The notes below the pieces were generated by a model. It did not search any database. It saw only the letters and a program-made list of their open reading frames with translations, and was not told the origin of the DNA. The position numbers and the translations under genes are program-made. From Candidatus Moranbacteria bacterium GW2011_GWE2_36_40 (GTDB lineage: Bacteria; Patescibacteriota; Minisyncoccia; Moranbacterales; GWC2-37-73), in contig LBRX01000005.1 in assembly GCA_000991645.1 (NCBI GenBank), forward strand, positions 1-55,802: a stretch of 55,802 nt of DNA. The letters are read 5' to 3'. Shown one piece after another: positions 1-10,894 of the stretch. How positions within the stretch are numbered: position 1 is the first letter of the stretch; each line of letters opens with the position of its first letter.

Positions 1-65
1 GGGCTTAATTCTAAGTGCTGGTTGTGGCATAGTTTTGTTTTTGTTTTAGGGGGCTTACAAAACTA

Positions 66-2414
66 TTATAGCACGAATTTATTTGATTTGGTATAATATC
101 TGATTAAATCTTTATTGGTTGGAGCAGTCCATCTGATTGTGTATTGTCCGTCTGCTGTAGCTGGAGATTCTTTGTGATTTGCACTTATTAGTGTTGGAGC
201 TGAAGGAGTTGTGGTAAAGAAGTTTGATTTTGAACCTGGGTTGGTTGGGTAGGATGATTGTTGAGTTTGTTCTGTTATGTTTCCATTTGAATCAGTGATT
301 ACTTTCCAAGTGTTTGAAAGTGATCTGCTTTCAAGTCCTGAGTGTTCTAGTGAGGTTACTGCATAATATCTTGTTGTGTTGTTTGGTTGTGATGCGTCAT
401 AGTTCCAAGATATTTCAGTCCACATGCCACATTCATTATCTCCTGAACAGTTGTTGTATGAGGTTGTGCCAAGTTGAGTCCAGGTTAAGTTGTCTGAACT
501 TTGCCAAACTCTGAAGTTTTTTATTTCACGGGGAGAGGGAGGACAATCCAGAGTTTCATGCGGCCAGCCACGAGTAGCGTAGGTGCGAGGTGTTGTGAAA
601 TTTGGAGTAGGACCAGTGCGAGGAGTATTTTGCGAGCTGACTGAACAATTTTCTCCTTGGTTAAAATCCCATGTCAATCTGACATCGGAAACATTTTTGA
701 CAGCTGACTTTATTTCTGGCGGATACGGATAATATGCGACTGTCCAGAATAACTGAATGTCGTCATCAGAAACATTGAGAAAAGTTGAGTTGAACATTGC
801 CTTGGTTCCATCTGAAGATTGAGTTGGGCGAGTCAATGAATCATATGGAGCACTATCGCCATTTTCGCGCACATGCGCTGAGCATAACATTTTTTGCGAA
901 GATTGATTTCTATAATTTTGAGCTACTACACGATATAAATCATAGCCAACTTGACCAGCGGGTTGTCCTGATGACACGCTCCAATCAGACCATGCCTCCC
1001 AATCATGATGTTGCACACCAGGAACTGCACCACTAAAAGCATTGTCAGGATAAGGCTTCCAATAGTCATGCGTTCTGAAATCAAGCAATGAAGACCCAAA
1101 AGGAGAATCTACAACTTTACTAAAAATTGCATAATGTCCCCAACGATCTGGCGTAAAGTGACTCGGGTATTGAACTAAATTCCAAGGATCGATCCCTAAA
1201 TGATTAACTAGTTTAGTATTAACTGGCTCCAATTCATTGCCCCAAGCATAAGGGGCATCATGATCTTGAGTGTGAATAGGCTGCCCACCAGCTCCAGAGC
1301 CAACAATTTTAGCTCTCCACCAAGGACCATTGGAGCTTTCTGGCATGATATAATGCCAGAGACCATCCTCACCATTAACCGCGCCAGCCAAAAATTCATC
1401 ATGATATCCAGCCCAAGCAGTTGGAGCTTGACCCCAATAATTATCAAAGGGCAATTCCCTAGAATATCCAATCGGGGTATCTAGCGATGGAGTGCCAATC
1501 AAAGTTCCTGCATAGGCCTTGCCGGTATATATATCATTCAAATAGACATTACTGCCATCTGGAGCCATTGATTTTTTGATTGACAATCTTCCGGTGGGAT
1601 TTTCCGTGGTTAAAATCGGAGCTTTTGATATCACACCAGCAGCATCAACTGTATTTCGATACAATGAATTCGTTTGTGTTCCTTCGCCCATAGATTCTGA
1701 GCCTCCCATCAAAAATTCATCAGCTTTTGCAGGATTCCAAGCAATATAATTGAGCCAATTTGGACTCCTTGATGATGAATTTTTGGCTGGCAACAACCTA
1801 CCACCATCAGTGCTTGAAAGCATCCAAATTTTACTTGGATATTCGTACCATTGACTTTCAACCCAATTTGGCAAACTAGCATCAAAAAATGGTAACCTTT
1901 TCCAATAAGTCGCATTGGGAGGTCGATTAGCCAATGTTGAACCTGCACTAGCAATCGCTGAATAAGAATATCCGTTATCATTAACCAGCCCGCCTCTACT
2001 AAAAGCATTGGTATTTCTCAATGAATGAAACATTATCCAATTGCCATTAGCACTCCAATGCGTAGTGCTAATATCCTGCGTATTATTTGTGCCAGCAGGA
2101 GTGTTGGTGATTTTCCAAACTTCATTTCCATTCAAGACATCAACATATTGCAGCATTTCTGGTTGCCAAATATAATTATTAGCTGAATTTTCAAGCAAAT
2201 TAGCACCCCATGAAGGCATATTCAAAATTCTAAGCTTACGCAAAACAACCTCATCAAGATTTTCCACTACCCCATCCGCCATAACATTGTCTGCGAAATA
2301 GAAATTTTGCAAAACAAAAAATCCAAACAATAAAATTGCAGTTTCAAAAAACAATACTTTTTTTCTTGCTTTGACCATCATCAGAATTATCCGAATAAAA
2401 CCTACCAAACCCAA
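66..2414 (-). CDS. Secreted protein, probable beta-propeller (TolB/oligogalacturonate-lyase-like) plus C-terminal FN3-like domains; last domain looks truncated
   Basis: 782-aa ORF; hydrophobic N-terminus (real start probably at MVKARKK); propeller-like motifs HWSANGNWIMFHS and PTQSSDGTKAMFNS; FN3-like VRLTWD...YYAVTSL; abrupt end after YTIRWTAP. Confidence 0.55.
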   Translation of the reverse strand: MGLVGFIRIILMMVKARKKVLFFETAILLFGFFVLQNFYFADNVMADGVVENLDEVVLRKLRILNMPSWGANLLENSANNYIWQPEMLQYVDVLNGNEVWKITNTPAGTNNTQDISTTHWSANGNWIMFHSLRNTNAFSRGGLVNDNGYSYSAIASAGSTLANRPPNATYWKRLPFFDASLPNWVESQWYEYPSKIWMLSSTDGGRLLPAKNSSSRSPNWLNYIAWNPAKADEFLMGGSESMGEGTQTNSLYRNTVDAAGVISKAPILTTENPTGRLSIKKSMAPDGSNVYLNDIYTGKAYAGTLIGTPSLDTPIGYSRELPFDNYWGQAPTAWAGYHDEFLAGAVNGEDGLWHYIMPESSNGPWWRAKIVGSGAGGQPIHTQDHDAPYAWGNELEPVNTKLVNHLGIDPWNLVQYPSHFTPDRWGHYAIFSKVVDSPFGSSLLDFRTHDYWKPYPDNAFSGAVPGVQHHDWEAWSDWSVSSGQPAGQVGYDLYRVVAQNYRNQSSQKMLCSAHVRENGDSAPYDSLTRPTQSSDGTKAMFNSTFLNVSDDDIQLFWTVAYYPYPPEIKSAVKNVSDVRLTWDFNQGENCSVSSQNTPRTGPTPNFTTPRTYATRGWPHETLDCPPSPREIKNFRVWQSSDNLTWTQLGTTSYNNCSGDNECGMWTEISWNYDASQPNNTTRYYAVTSLEHSGLESRSLSNTWKVITDSNGNITEQTQQSSYPTNPGSKSNFFTTTPSAPTLISANHKESPATADGQYTIRWTAPTNKDLIRYYTKSNKFVL

Positions 2415-5400
2415 ACCAGCACGTGTTCTGTGGTTTTATTGCCGGCTTTGTCAAAGGCTGTCACTGTCACTCCATGAGGTCCTCGTGGAACAAAATTAGG
2501 AATATTGAAGCTGTCTTCTTTAGTTTCACGAACTCTTCCATAGATGGTATATCTATAGTGATCAACTGCTTTGTTATCACTAACTTTCCACCACAACTTG
2601 TCTCCTATTTTCTTTTTGAGTACAGCTGGAATATCTTCAAAAATTGGAGCCTCACTATCGATTTTTATTTTATATTTTTTTGAACCAACTTCATTTCCAT
2701 TTGCATTATAAAAATATAATTTTATTTCATTTGTTTCTCTCAAATCAAATGCGACTTTCCAATTTCCATCTTCATCCAAGGTGTCTGAATCCTCGGTGTC
2801 GCCATCTATTTTAAGTTTAACTTCCCCACCAGCAATATCCTCAATTTTTCCAGCCAATTTAATTTTTTTATTTTTTCTAAAATATGAAGTAACGGATTTG
2901 CTTTCATCATCAAATTCAGCTTTTGGTTTTGGAATATCTATTTCATTATCTCCATCATCTGAAGCTGAATCATCAAGTGGATCATCATCAACTGAAAAAG
3001 AAACTGAGTAATCTGAGTCATTTTTATTTCCAGTCCCATCCGCACATCTAACGTAATATGAATAATTGGTGCCATTATTAAGACCTGTTACCGGAGTTGA
3101 TTGAGAAGTTGATCCAGTTGTTTCAAAAGTATTTGTCATTGAATCATACAAAACCCCTGCTGTTGTTGAATATTTACAAGTTGCATTTTCATTAGTTGTA
3201 ACCATCAATGTTGTTTGTGTTGTTCCAAAATCCAATGTTCCAGAAGGAGAGCCATCAGAAATTGAAGGCGCTGAACCATCAGTAACTTCAAAACTAGTAA
3301 TATCCAATGAAGAAGAGGCATTGTCTGCTGCATCAGTCACAACAATTGTGCAATTTGAATGAGTTCCAACAGAAAGTGTGCCAAAGACTACTGTATTGTT
3401 TCCACTTACTGCAGATGTTGTTGATGAAGAACAGTCTCCACCATAAGTTATTGTTCCAACTTCAGTTGAACTAAAAACATAGCTTGGGGTGTTGTCAGTT
3501 GTTGGAGATGTAATAGGTGTGACCTCAGCAACAGTTGGCGCTGTCACATCAATAGTGAAGCTTGAAACTGCCAGTGGAGTGGAAGCATTTGTGGCTGCGT
3601 CAGTCACTGTGATTATACAATTTGAATATGTTCCAGCCACAAGTGCGTCAAACACAATTGCATTGTTTCCAACAACTGCAGACGTTGTGACAGAAGAACA
3701 ACTTCCTCCATAGGTTATTGTTCCAACCTCAGTCGAGCTAAATGTATAATTCGGTGTTGGATCATTTGTTGGAGTTGTGATAGGAGTGACTTGAGCGAGA
3801 GTTGGCGAGGTTGCTTCAACAGTGAATGTTGTGATGTCGAGTGGAGAAGATGCATTTCCTGATGCATCAGTAACAACAATGGTACAGTTTGAATACGTTG
3901 CATCACTCAGTGTTGCAAAAACAACCGTGTTATTCCCACTTACTGCAGATGTTGTTGCAGATGAACAACTTCCTCCATAAGTTATTGTTCCAACTTCATT
4001 AGAACTGAACACATAGCTTGGGGTTGGATCAGTTGTTGGAGATGTAACAGGTGTGACCTCAGCAACAGTTGGCGCTGTCACATCAATAGTGAAACTTGAA
4101 ACTGCCAGTGGAGTGGAAGCATTTGTGGCTGCGTCAGTCACTGTGATTGTACAATTTGAATATGTGCCAGCCACAAGTGCATCAAAAACAATTGCGTTGT
4201 TTCCAACAACTGCAGCTGTTGTGACAGATGAACAACTGCCTCCATAGGTTATTGTTCCAACTTCAGTCGAGCTAAATGTATAATTTGGTGTTGGATCATT
4301 TGTGGGAGTTGTGACAGGAGTGACTTGAGCGAGAGTTGGCGCGGTTGTGTCAATTGTAAAGGTGGAAACTGCTAATGTGCTACTAGCATTTCCAGCCGCA
4401 TCAGTAACGACAATAGTACAATTTGAATATACACCAGAAGCAAGTGTATTAAACGTTATAATATTATCAGCAGCAATCGCAGATGTTGTTGCAGATGAAC
4501 AACTTCCGCCATATGTTATGGTTCCAACTTCAGTTGAGCTAAATGTATAATTTGGTGTTGTATCTTTTGTTGGAGTTGTGACTGGAGTTACCTGAGCCAA
4601 TGTTGGAGAAACAGAATCTACCGTAAAGCTGGTCACAGCCATTGAAGAAGATGCATTTGAAGACGCATCAGTAACAATAATTGTACAATTTGAATGAGCG
4701 CCTTGAGCCAATGTATTGAAAACCACGGTGTTATTTCCAACTGCCGCTATTGTCGTTGATGAAGAACAATCACCGCCATAAGTTATCAATCCAACTTCAG
4801 TTGAACTGAATGTATAACTTGGAGTTGCATCATTTGTCAGTGCTGCTACAGGAGTTACTTCGGCAACAGTTGGCCCAGTAACATCCGACGGATCAGATAC
4901 AGTTACAACTGCTCCATACAAACCTCCAGTAGCTGTTACATTCACACCTGAATCCCAAACTGCACTACCGCTAGTCAAATTGATAGCAGAATTAATTCCT
5001 GTTGCTAAAGCAGTAAAAGTAAGAGTGGCAACATCTTGTGACCCAACAAGAGCAACTCCAGTAATTCTAGCAGCACCAAAAACAGCAGTGCCGGCAGTTG
5101 TTTCTGGTGGAATACTATTTACCATTTCCACAGGAAATGTCAATGCATTGGTTACGATAGAGTTTAATTGCAACACAGTTGGATCAAATTGAATAGCCAT
5201 ATCAACAGCCCTAACATCAGTATTTGTTCCAGGATTTTCATTAGCAACAACAGTAAAAGTATCCCCGATGTTTATGGTTTGCGGAGCTATTATTAACGAT
5301 AATGTTGCATCCGATGCAGCCATAACCTTATTGCCAGATAAAACAGCTACCAATGAAATCGAAACAATAGCAAAAAACATAGCTATTGAATAAAATTTGA

Positions 5401-5458
5401 ATTGAACTATTCTACAACCAACATTTTTTTTCATACTTTTATTTTTAAGTAATTTCAA
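2402..5458 (-). CDS. Secreted scaffold-like protein: cohesin-like domain, six tandem ~89-aa Ig-like repeats and an acidic C-terminal region
   Basis: 1018-aa ORF; signal peptide; cohesin-like IGDTFTV...FDPTVLQL...VATLTFTA; repeats DxTAPTxAxVTPVTTPTxDxTPxYxFSSTEVGTITYGGSCSS also near-identical at DNA level. Confidence 0.75.
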   Translation of the reverse strand: MKLLKNKSMKKNVGCRIVQFKFYSIAMFFAIVSISLVAVLSGNKVMAASDATLSLIIAPQTINIGDTFTVVANENPGTNTDVRAVDMAIQFDPTVLQLNSIVTNALTFPVEMVNSIPPETTAGTAVFGAARITGVALVGSQDVATLTFTALATGINSAINLTSGSAVWDSGVNVTATGGLYGAVVTVSDPSDVTGPTVAEVTPVAALTNDATPSYTFSSTEVGLITYGGDCSSSTTIAAVGNNTVVFNTLAQGAHSNCTIIVTDASSNASSSMAVTSFTVDSVSPTLAQVTPVTTPTKDTTPNYTFSSTEVGTITYGGSCSSATTSAIAADNIITFNTLASGVYSNCTIVVTDAAGNASSTLAVSTFTIDTTAPTLAQVTPVTTPTNDPTPNYTFSSTEVGTITYGGSCSSVTTAAVVGNNAIVFDALVAGTYSNCTITVTDAATNASTPLAVSSFTIDVTAPTVAEVTPVTSPTTDPTPSYVFSSNEVGTITYGGSCSSATTSAVSGNNTVVFATLSDATYSNCTIVVTDASGNASSPLDITTFTVEATSPTLAQVTPITTPTNDPTPNYTFSSTEVGTITYGGSCSSVTTSAVVGNNAIVFDALVAGTYSNCIITVTDAATNASTPLAVSSFTIDVTAPTVAEVTPITSPTTDNTPSYVFSSTEVGTITYGGDCSSSTTSAVSGNNTVVFGTLSVGTHSNCTIVVTDAADNASSSLDITSFEVTDGSAPSISDGSPSGTLDFGTTQTTLMVTTNENATCKYSTTAGVLYDSMTNTFETTGSTSQSTPVTGLNNGTNYSYYVRCADGTGNKNDSDYSVSFSVDDDPLDDSASDDGDNEIDIPKPKAEFDDESKSVTSYFRKNKKIKLAGKIEDIAGGEVKLKIDGDTEDSDTLDEDGNWKVAFDLRETNEIKLYFYNANGNEVGSKKYKIKIDSEAPIFEDIPAVLKKKIGDKLWWKVSDNKAVDHYRYTIYGRVRETKEDSFNIPNFVPRGPHGVTVTAFDKAGNKTTEHVLVWVW

Positions 5459-5479
5459 AATATATATTAATACAAAAAA

Positions 5480-6070
5480 TTAAAGGGCTGGCTGCAAATA
5501 ATCTTGCGCCAAAATTGTAACATCTCCGCCATTTACTACTCCGTCTTTATTTATGTCTGCCGTTGCATTATTAGTTAGATAAACTCCGATCATAGTTGTA
5601 ATATCACCCCCATTAACAACCCAGTCATTGTTTATATCGCCACTATACGAAAGTCGTTTACTTACTTCCTTAAGAGCTCCAACCGTTGTTGTTGCGCATT
5701 TGCTAAAATTTGGTGTGCTGGCATTGTCATATGCGGCAACAGTAAAATAATAAGTTTGCCCAGCAACAAGATTATTGCTGAAGCGATAACTTGAAACTCC
5801 TGCACCTGGAACATCAACAGATGTGGAAACTGGCGTTCCAAGTCCTTCTGAGCAACTGCCAAGCACGTTTAGCCATGTTGAAACCGTATTATAATAAACT
5901 TTGTAGCCAGAAAGACCAGTCAAGGCTCCGCCACCCTCATCAGTTGTTGGCGGAGTCCAAGAAACAACAGCTGACGCTGCTGCTTGAACATTCCCAGCTC
6001 CAACAAAAAATGCACAGCTTGCGATTAATGAAAAAATAAACACATTGAATCTATTTTTTTGTTTTAGCAT
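5480..6070 (-). CDS. Secreted FN3 plus dockerin type I-like protein
   Basis: Signal peptide ending near VQA; FN3 SWTPP...GYKVYY...YYFTVAAYD; duplicated Ca-binding dockerin motif GDINNDWVVNGGDI and ADINKDGVVNGGDV. Confidence 0.8.
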   Translation of the reverse strand: MLKQKNRFNVFIFSLIASCAFFVGAGNVQAAASAVVSWTPPTTDEGGGALTGLSGYKVYYNTVSTWLNVLGSCSEGLGTPVSTSVDVPGAGVSSYRFSNNLVAGQTYYFTVAAYDNASTPNFSKCATTTVGALKEVSKRLSYSGDINNDWVVNGGDITTMIGVYLTNNATADINKDGVVNGGDVTILAQDYLQPAL

Positions 6071-6079
6071 AAGAGTTGA

Positions 6080-6478
6080 TTAGTTTTTTTCTTTTTTAAA
6101 AAATGATTTAAATTTATCAAAAATAGACAACTTTACTGTTTTTTGCATTTCCTCGGAAAAACAACTTTCTTTTCCGCTGGCATTATATGAAGTCACTGAA
6201 AAATAATAAGTCGAGCCATCCTTCAAATTATCTATTTGATATGATGTTTTCTTGCCAACATCCACTTTTTTGGTATAGCCACCATCACGAGGGCAATCTC
6301 CCTTGCGTTTTTCAATTCCATAATAAATCTTGTACCCATTCACATCAGATTCAGATGAAGCATTCCAATTAAGTTTTGCTTGCCCCAAGACTTTCAGATC
6401 ACGCAAAAAAATTTGCCAAAAAATTATTGCCAACAAAACTACAATACCCATCAATAAAAATATTTTTCTTTTTTTCAT
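6080..6478 (-). CDS. Membrane-anchored FN3-domain protein
   Basis: N-terminal TM; LNWNASSESDVNGYKIYYG...LKDGSTYYFSVTSYNASGKES. Confidence 0.8.
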   Translation of the reverse strand: MKKRKIFLLMGIVVLLAIIFWQIFLRDLKVLGQAKLNWNASSESDVNGYKIYYGIEKRKGDCPRDGGYTKKVDVGKKTSYQIDNLKDGSTYYFSVTSYNASGKESCFSEEMQKTVKLSIFDKFKSFFKKEKN

Positions 6479-6687
6479 CTATTTAATTATATCACAAAAT
6501 ATATCTTTTTGCACTAATATTAATCCACAGATTAATATTAAAAAAACCGACATAAAAATACTCAAAAAATGAGTATTTTTTAGGTCGGTTTTGCCATTCA
6601 ACTCCCCGTTTTTCATTGGCAACCAAGATTTCCTATCAAAAAAGAATTTTTCAAAAACGGATCAACATTCCCCAAAAGATATTAAGA

Positions 6688-9297
6688 TCACGGCAGTGTT
6701 GTTGTCCCCGTATTATTATCTGTTTCAGCAGGTGCAACAACTTCAGGAGTCGGTACAGGCAGCTCATCACTAGCCAAATTTTCAGCATTATTTTCAATGC
6801 CGGCAGCAATATTGCTGATCATTTTTTGAATTTTTGTTCTCACTTCATCGTTTTCCTTTGGCAAAAGTTCCAAAACTTTTTGATATTGCGCTGTTGCATC
6901 AGAATTTCTTCTTGTTTTTTCATAAAGAGTTCCCAGTGAGAAAAGCGTGTTTATTTCTTTGTCATTTTTGCTTAAGATATTTTTATAGATTGTCTCAGAA
7001 ATCTTGTAATCTTCTTCATTTCCCCTTGATTGATGAATGCGAGCAGTGTTATAGATATAATTCAAATTATTCTGTTCAATGATCGCTGATTGTTCAATTG
7101 ATTTGATAGCTCCATCCATGTCCCCAAGAACTTCCTGAGCCAAAGCTAACTGATAATGAGCAACCGCCAAATCATTTTTTTCATCAACTGCTTTTTGAAA
7201 AGAGTTTTTTGCTTGACCAAGCAATTCTTTTGCTTCTTCTGGAGTTTTTTTGGCTCCTGCCTGAGCCAATTCAATTTGACCTATCTTTACCCAATAAGCA
7301 GGATTGTGCGGTTCGAGTTCAAGTGCTTTTTTGTAGTTATCCTTGGCGAGATTGAATGAATCAGCAACATACAAACCTGAATTTTCATATATTTGTCCCA
7401 AAGCTTCAACTGCAGCAACATCTTTTGGAGACAAATTTCTTGCCCGATTGACAGTTGAAATTGAATCATTCAAATAATTCTGAATTAATCCCAAATTTCG
7501 ATCTTGCTCAGATTTCAACGCTTCCTCGTTTGCCAAACTCATAAGCTCCTGTCCAAGCAAAATATAATAGCGACTCTCTTTATTGTTCAAAGAAATAGCT
7601 TTTGATAATCTTGTGACACTTCCGTCTGCTGTTATTTTTTGAGCTCGCATAGCTTGACCAGCCCTGAAATCAGCTGCATAAATTTTTCCCACAAAAATGA
7701 ACAGAAAAACAACTCCAGCACTAACAACCATAAAAACAAACGCCAGAGCCAAAGCATATTTCGGAGATGCTTTCAACGATAATGAGAGATAATTCTCTTC
7801 AGATTCGCTTTCAAAAAGAAGCATGGCAACAGTAAGTGCAACAAGCAGGACTCCCAAAATGATCAATGACCCCTCCATTTTTCCTGCAAATGCATTTATG
7901 ATCAAAACAAGAGCTGCTGAAAAAAGTCCCAAAGAATACAGCTTGTTTTTCTGCTTATTTATGCTCAAAAGATACACGCCTATGCTTATGAATGTCAGTA
8001 CCAGCAAAATCAAGGCAATTGTTCCAGCCAAGCCAACTGTTGAAACTGCTTCAAAGAAAATTCCAGCTCCCTGAAAAAATCTCAGATTGTAATATGGATT
8101 TAAGTTAAAATTCTGTGGTTTGTGCAAAGAAAAATCATACCCATACGTTGCAGGTCCACTTCCAACCAACAACTTATCTTTCAATGATTCTTTTGCCACA
8201 TCCAAAGACAATTGATACGAAGGACTAACTTCAACCGGAAGTTTGATGCGAGCGATTGAATTTGAACCAACAATAAGAATTGCCAGAATCAACACAAATG
8301 TTGCCATTGGAAGCCATGTCCAATTTTCAGCAGGACGCACGATTTGAGCCAAGATATAAATCAAGAAAAAGCTTATTCCAACCAGAACACCAAGCCATGC
8401 TATGAATGAATACAGGGTTAACAAAACAAACACATTGAGCAGCAACACTCCAAGCAAACAAGCAGCAGCAACATTTTTCTTCATTCCTGAAATCTTTTTC
8501 TCTTCATCTCTTTTGGCAAAAATATCCAAAACAAAAACAAGAATAATCGGCAGCATGGCACCCAAAAATATTCCCAATCCAGTCAGTGATCCGATCGGGC
8601 TGAGTGGCACATATTGAACAAATTTTTCCGGCACCAAATTCATTCCCAAAAGATTCAACATTGCCCAAAGAGCCAAAACAAAATCAGCTGCAATCAAAAA
8701 ACTTGTCATCAGTAAAAATCTTTTTTTGTTAAAATGACTTGTTATTAAATAATAACTTATTACCAAAGCTGTTATACTCATGAATCCTCGCGAAGGATCT
8801 CCGAAATATCCCCAAAAACTGTGCCAGCGATCAACTGAAAAAAACAAAGATATTCCAAATGTCAGCCAAAGCAAAATAATCGGAATGTCCAATGGAGTTT
8901 TTCTGATCTTCATCTCCCCTGTCAACACACCCTTGGATACCCAAGAAACCAAAGCAAGCAAAATCCAAAAATAGAAATATATTTGTTTTTCAAGAGAAAT
9001 TCCTTGCAAAGTAAGTCCCGTGAAAAAAAGTGGAATACCAAAAAAAAGCGCTGCCAGACTTATCGTAATAATCGAATCCAAAAATCCAATCTTTTTTGAG
9101 GATGTTGTTTTTGTTTCTGACGATTCAACATGCTCTTTCTTGCTTGCAAAAGCACTTTTGAAATGCGTTCCATTGGAGATGGAAATGTTCGCCGACTCTT
9201 TTCGAAATTCAGTAGTATTCGAAGGGTTATTATTAATTGCTACATTTGTCATACCACTGTCTTGATCTGTTTGAGATGATTGATTTTTAAAATCCAT
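6688..9297 (-). CDS. Polytopic membrane protein (O-antigen-ligase-like) with C-terminal TPR repeats
   Basis: Many TM segments, GSGPATYGYDF loop motif, TPR repeats such as YKKALELEPHNPAYWVKIG. Confidence 0.75.
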   Translation of the reverse strand: MDFKNQSSQTDQDSGMTNVAINNNPSNTTEFRKESANISISNGTHFKSAFASKKEHVESSETKTTSSKKIGFLDSIITISLAALFFGIPLFFTGLTLQGISLEKQIYFYFWILLALVSWVSKGVLTGEMKIRKTPLDIPIILLWLTFGISLFFSVDRWHSFWGYFGDPSRGFMSITALVISYYLITSHFNKKRFLLMTSFLIAADFVLALWAMLNLLGMNLVPEKFVQYVPLSPIGSLTGLGIFLGAMLPIILVFVLDIFAKRDEEKKISGMKKNVAAACLLGVLLLNVFVLLTLYSFIAWLGVLVGISFFLIYILAQIVRPAENWTWLPMATFVLILAILIVGSNSIARIKLPVEVSPSYQLSLDVAKESLKDKLLVGSGPATYGYDFSLHKPQNFNLNPYYNLRFFQGAGIFFEAVSTVGLAGTIALILLVLTFISIGVYLLSINKQKNKLYSLGLFSAALVLIINAFAGKMEGSLIILGVLLVALTVAMLLFESESEENYLSLSLKASPKYALALAFVFMVVSAGVVFLFIFVGKIYAADFRAGQAMRAQKITADGSVTRLSKAISLNNKESRYYILLGQELMSLANEEALKSEQDRNLGLIQNYLNDSISTVNRARNLSPKDVAAVEALGQIYENSGLYVADSFNLAKDNYKKALELEPHNPAYWVKIGQIELAQAGAKKTPEEAKELLGQAKNSFQKAVDEKNDLAVAHYQLALAQEVLGDMDGAIKSIEQSAIIEQNNLNYIYNTARIHQSRGNEEDYKISETIYKNILSKNDKEINTLFSLGTLYEKTRRNSDATAQYQKVLELLPKENDEVRTKIQKMISNIAAGIENNAENLASDELPVPTPEVVAPAETDNNTGTTTLP

Positions 9298-9383
9298 AAT
9301 TTTTGATTATTTTTACATCTTACCTCATATATCAATTTTAGCTTTTTTTTCAAAAAAGAGCAACAGATTTTCAACTTGTCTAA

Positions 9384-9416
9384 CGGAGTCCGACTCCGAT
9401 TCGGAGTCGGACTCCG
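9384..9416. repeat. Palindrome family B (CGGAGTCCGACTCCGA-T-TCGGAGTCGGACTCCG), copy 1
   Basis: Perfect 16-bp arms; identical copies at 11099-11131 and 17127-17159. Confidence 0.95.
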
Positions 9417-9438
9417 GGGATAGGGATGATGCATGTGA

Positions 9439-9565
9439 TTATTTCCGAATCTGCACTGTCTCTGTCTTATACGAAGACCCAACTTCTTGGGCGGAAAGGG
9501 CGCGGAACGTACAGCAGTGAAACTGCTAACGTTCCGAGATTGTAGATGCGGACTTCGTTAATTTT
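9439..9565 (-). pseudogene. Orphan LamG-gene 3' end (INEVRIYN[hairpin C]RALSAQEVGSSYKTETVQIRK*)
   Basis: Manual translation matches the C-termini of the 2628-aa and 1197-aa ORFs; interrupted by a hairpin at 9504-9535. Confidence 0.85.
9504..9535. repeat. Hairpin family C (GGAACGTACAGCAGTGAAACTGCTAACGTTCC), copy 1
   Basis: Identical copies at 11173-11204 and 17251-17282; inverted copy at 37357-37388. Confidence 0.95.
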
Positions 9566-9576
9566 TCAACAAAAAA

Positions 9577-10875
9577 CTATTTCAAATCCAAAAGCCATTT
9601 CCAAGCTGGAATTATTTTAATTTTCTTACCGTCAATCTTCCTTTCTTCTTCCTGACTCTCAGTTATGATAAGCCCGGTTTTAAGATTGAATTTTTCCATT
9701 GCTTCCAAGAGTCCATTCAGTTCCCTCTTTTCATTGTTATTATCCAACACTTTTGTGACCTGAATAACTTCAGCAATTTTTGTTCCTCTTTTGATGACGA
9801 AGTCACATTCGTGTTTTCCTTGATGATAATAGATTTCATTTCCAGCATTAAGCAGCCCTAAAAAAACAATATTCTCCAAAAACCGCCCATAATTTTCACT
9901 AAAAGAAAAAGAGACAACATCAATAAATCCATTGTCGATAGCATAAACCTTTTTAGGAAAATTTTCCTGTTTCTTGAGAGAAAACTGATAATTGGTCAAT
10001 TCAAACAAGAGGAATGATTTTTCAAAAAATCCAATGTATTCCTTGATGGTCTTATCATTCATTTTCAAGAATTCAGACAGTGAATTGTAACTGTATTTCT
10101 GACCGATGTTGGAAAGAAGATAGAGTAAAAGATTTTCAATTTCCCTTGTGTTTTTAACGTCAAAGCGAGGAATGATGTCTTGGTAAAGAATATTTTTATA
10201 GTAATTAGCTAAAATCTCATTTCTGATTTCTTTTCTTTTTTCCAAAACTATCTCGGGAAAGCCGCCATGTCGAAGATAATCGGCAAACATTTTTTTCAAC
10301 TTTCCCTCATTTTTTATTTTTTCAATCTTGCCTGTTGTTTCAATTTTTCTCGCCGCAGCCATTTCCCTGAAATCAAAAGGGAATATATTCTTAGCGATAG
10401 ATCTGCCCGAAAGCAATGTTGCCATTTCAGCAGAAAGGAGTTGGGAATTCGAGCCAGTAATGAAAAATTTTATCCCACCTTTTTCATACATACCCTTCAC
10501 AAAAACCTGCCAATCGGAAAAAAATTGCACTTCATCCAGAAAAACATAGATCTGCCCTTTTGGTTCCATAAGAGCAAGATATTCTTCAAAAATCTTGCGC
10601 AGATTGTCAGGGTCATTTTTGAACTGATTGAGCAAGGTGGATTCCAGATTAAGAAACAGGATATTTTTTGGATCAACTTTTTTTTCTTTTATCAAGAAAC
10701 TTATCAGCTGTTTGGCAATCGTGGATTTTCCACATCGTCTGACGCCAATCAATGCCACTATTTGCCTGACATTTACAAACTTGACAAGCTCTGCCATCGC
10801 CAAGCGCGGAACTCCCATGTCTGCAAGATTTCCTTCCCAATGGGCATTTTGTTGAACAATGAATTTTTCAAACAT
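9577..10875 (-). CDS. AAA_14 ATPase with DUF4143 and C-terminal PD-(D/E)xK-like domain
   Basis: Walker A GVRRCGKS, Walker B VFLDEVQ, ITGSNS, GGFPE, C-terminal ECDFVI...IQV. Confidence 0.9.
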   Translation of the reverse strand: MFEKFIVQQNAHWEGNLADMGVPRLAMAELVKFVNVRQIVALIGVRRCGKSTIAKQLISFLIKEKKVDPKNILFLNLESTLLNQFKNDPDNLRKIFEEYLALMEPKGQIYVFLDEVQFFSDWQVFVKGMYEKGGIKFFITGSNSQLLSAEMATLLSGRSIAKNIFPFDFREMAAARKIETTGKIEKIKNEGKLKKMFADYLRHGGFPEIVLEKRKEIRNEILANYYKNILYQDIIPRFDVKNTREIENLLLYLLSNIGQKYSYNSLSEFLKMNDKTIKEYIGFFEKSFLLFELTNYQFSLKKQENFPKKVYAIDNGFIDVVSFSFSENYGRFLENIVFLGLLNAGNEIYYHQGKHECDFVIKRGTKIAEVIQVTKVLDNNNEKRELNGLLEAMEKFNLKTGLIITESQEEERKIDGKKIKIIPAWKWLLDLK

Positions 10876-10894
10876 ATTATTGCATTACGAATTA

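Noticed and set aside
1..30. Possible gene start MPQPALRIKP running off the left edge on the minus strand
   Set aside because: Only 10 codons are visible, so it cannot be supported
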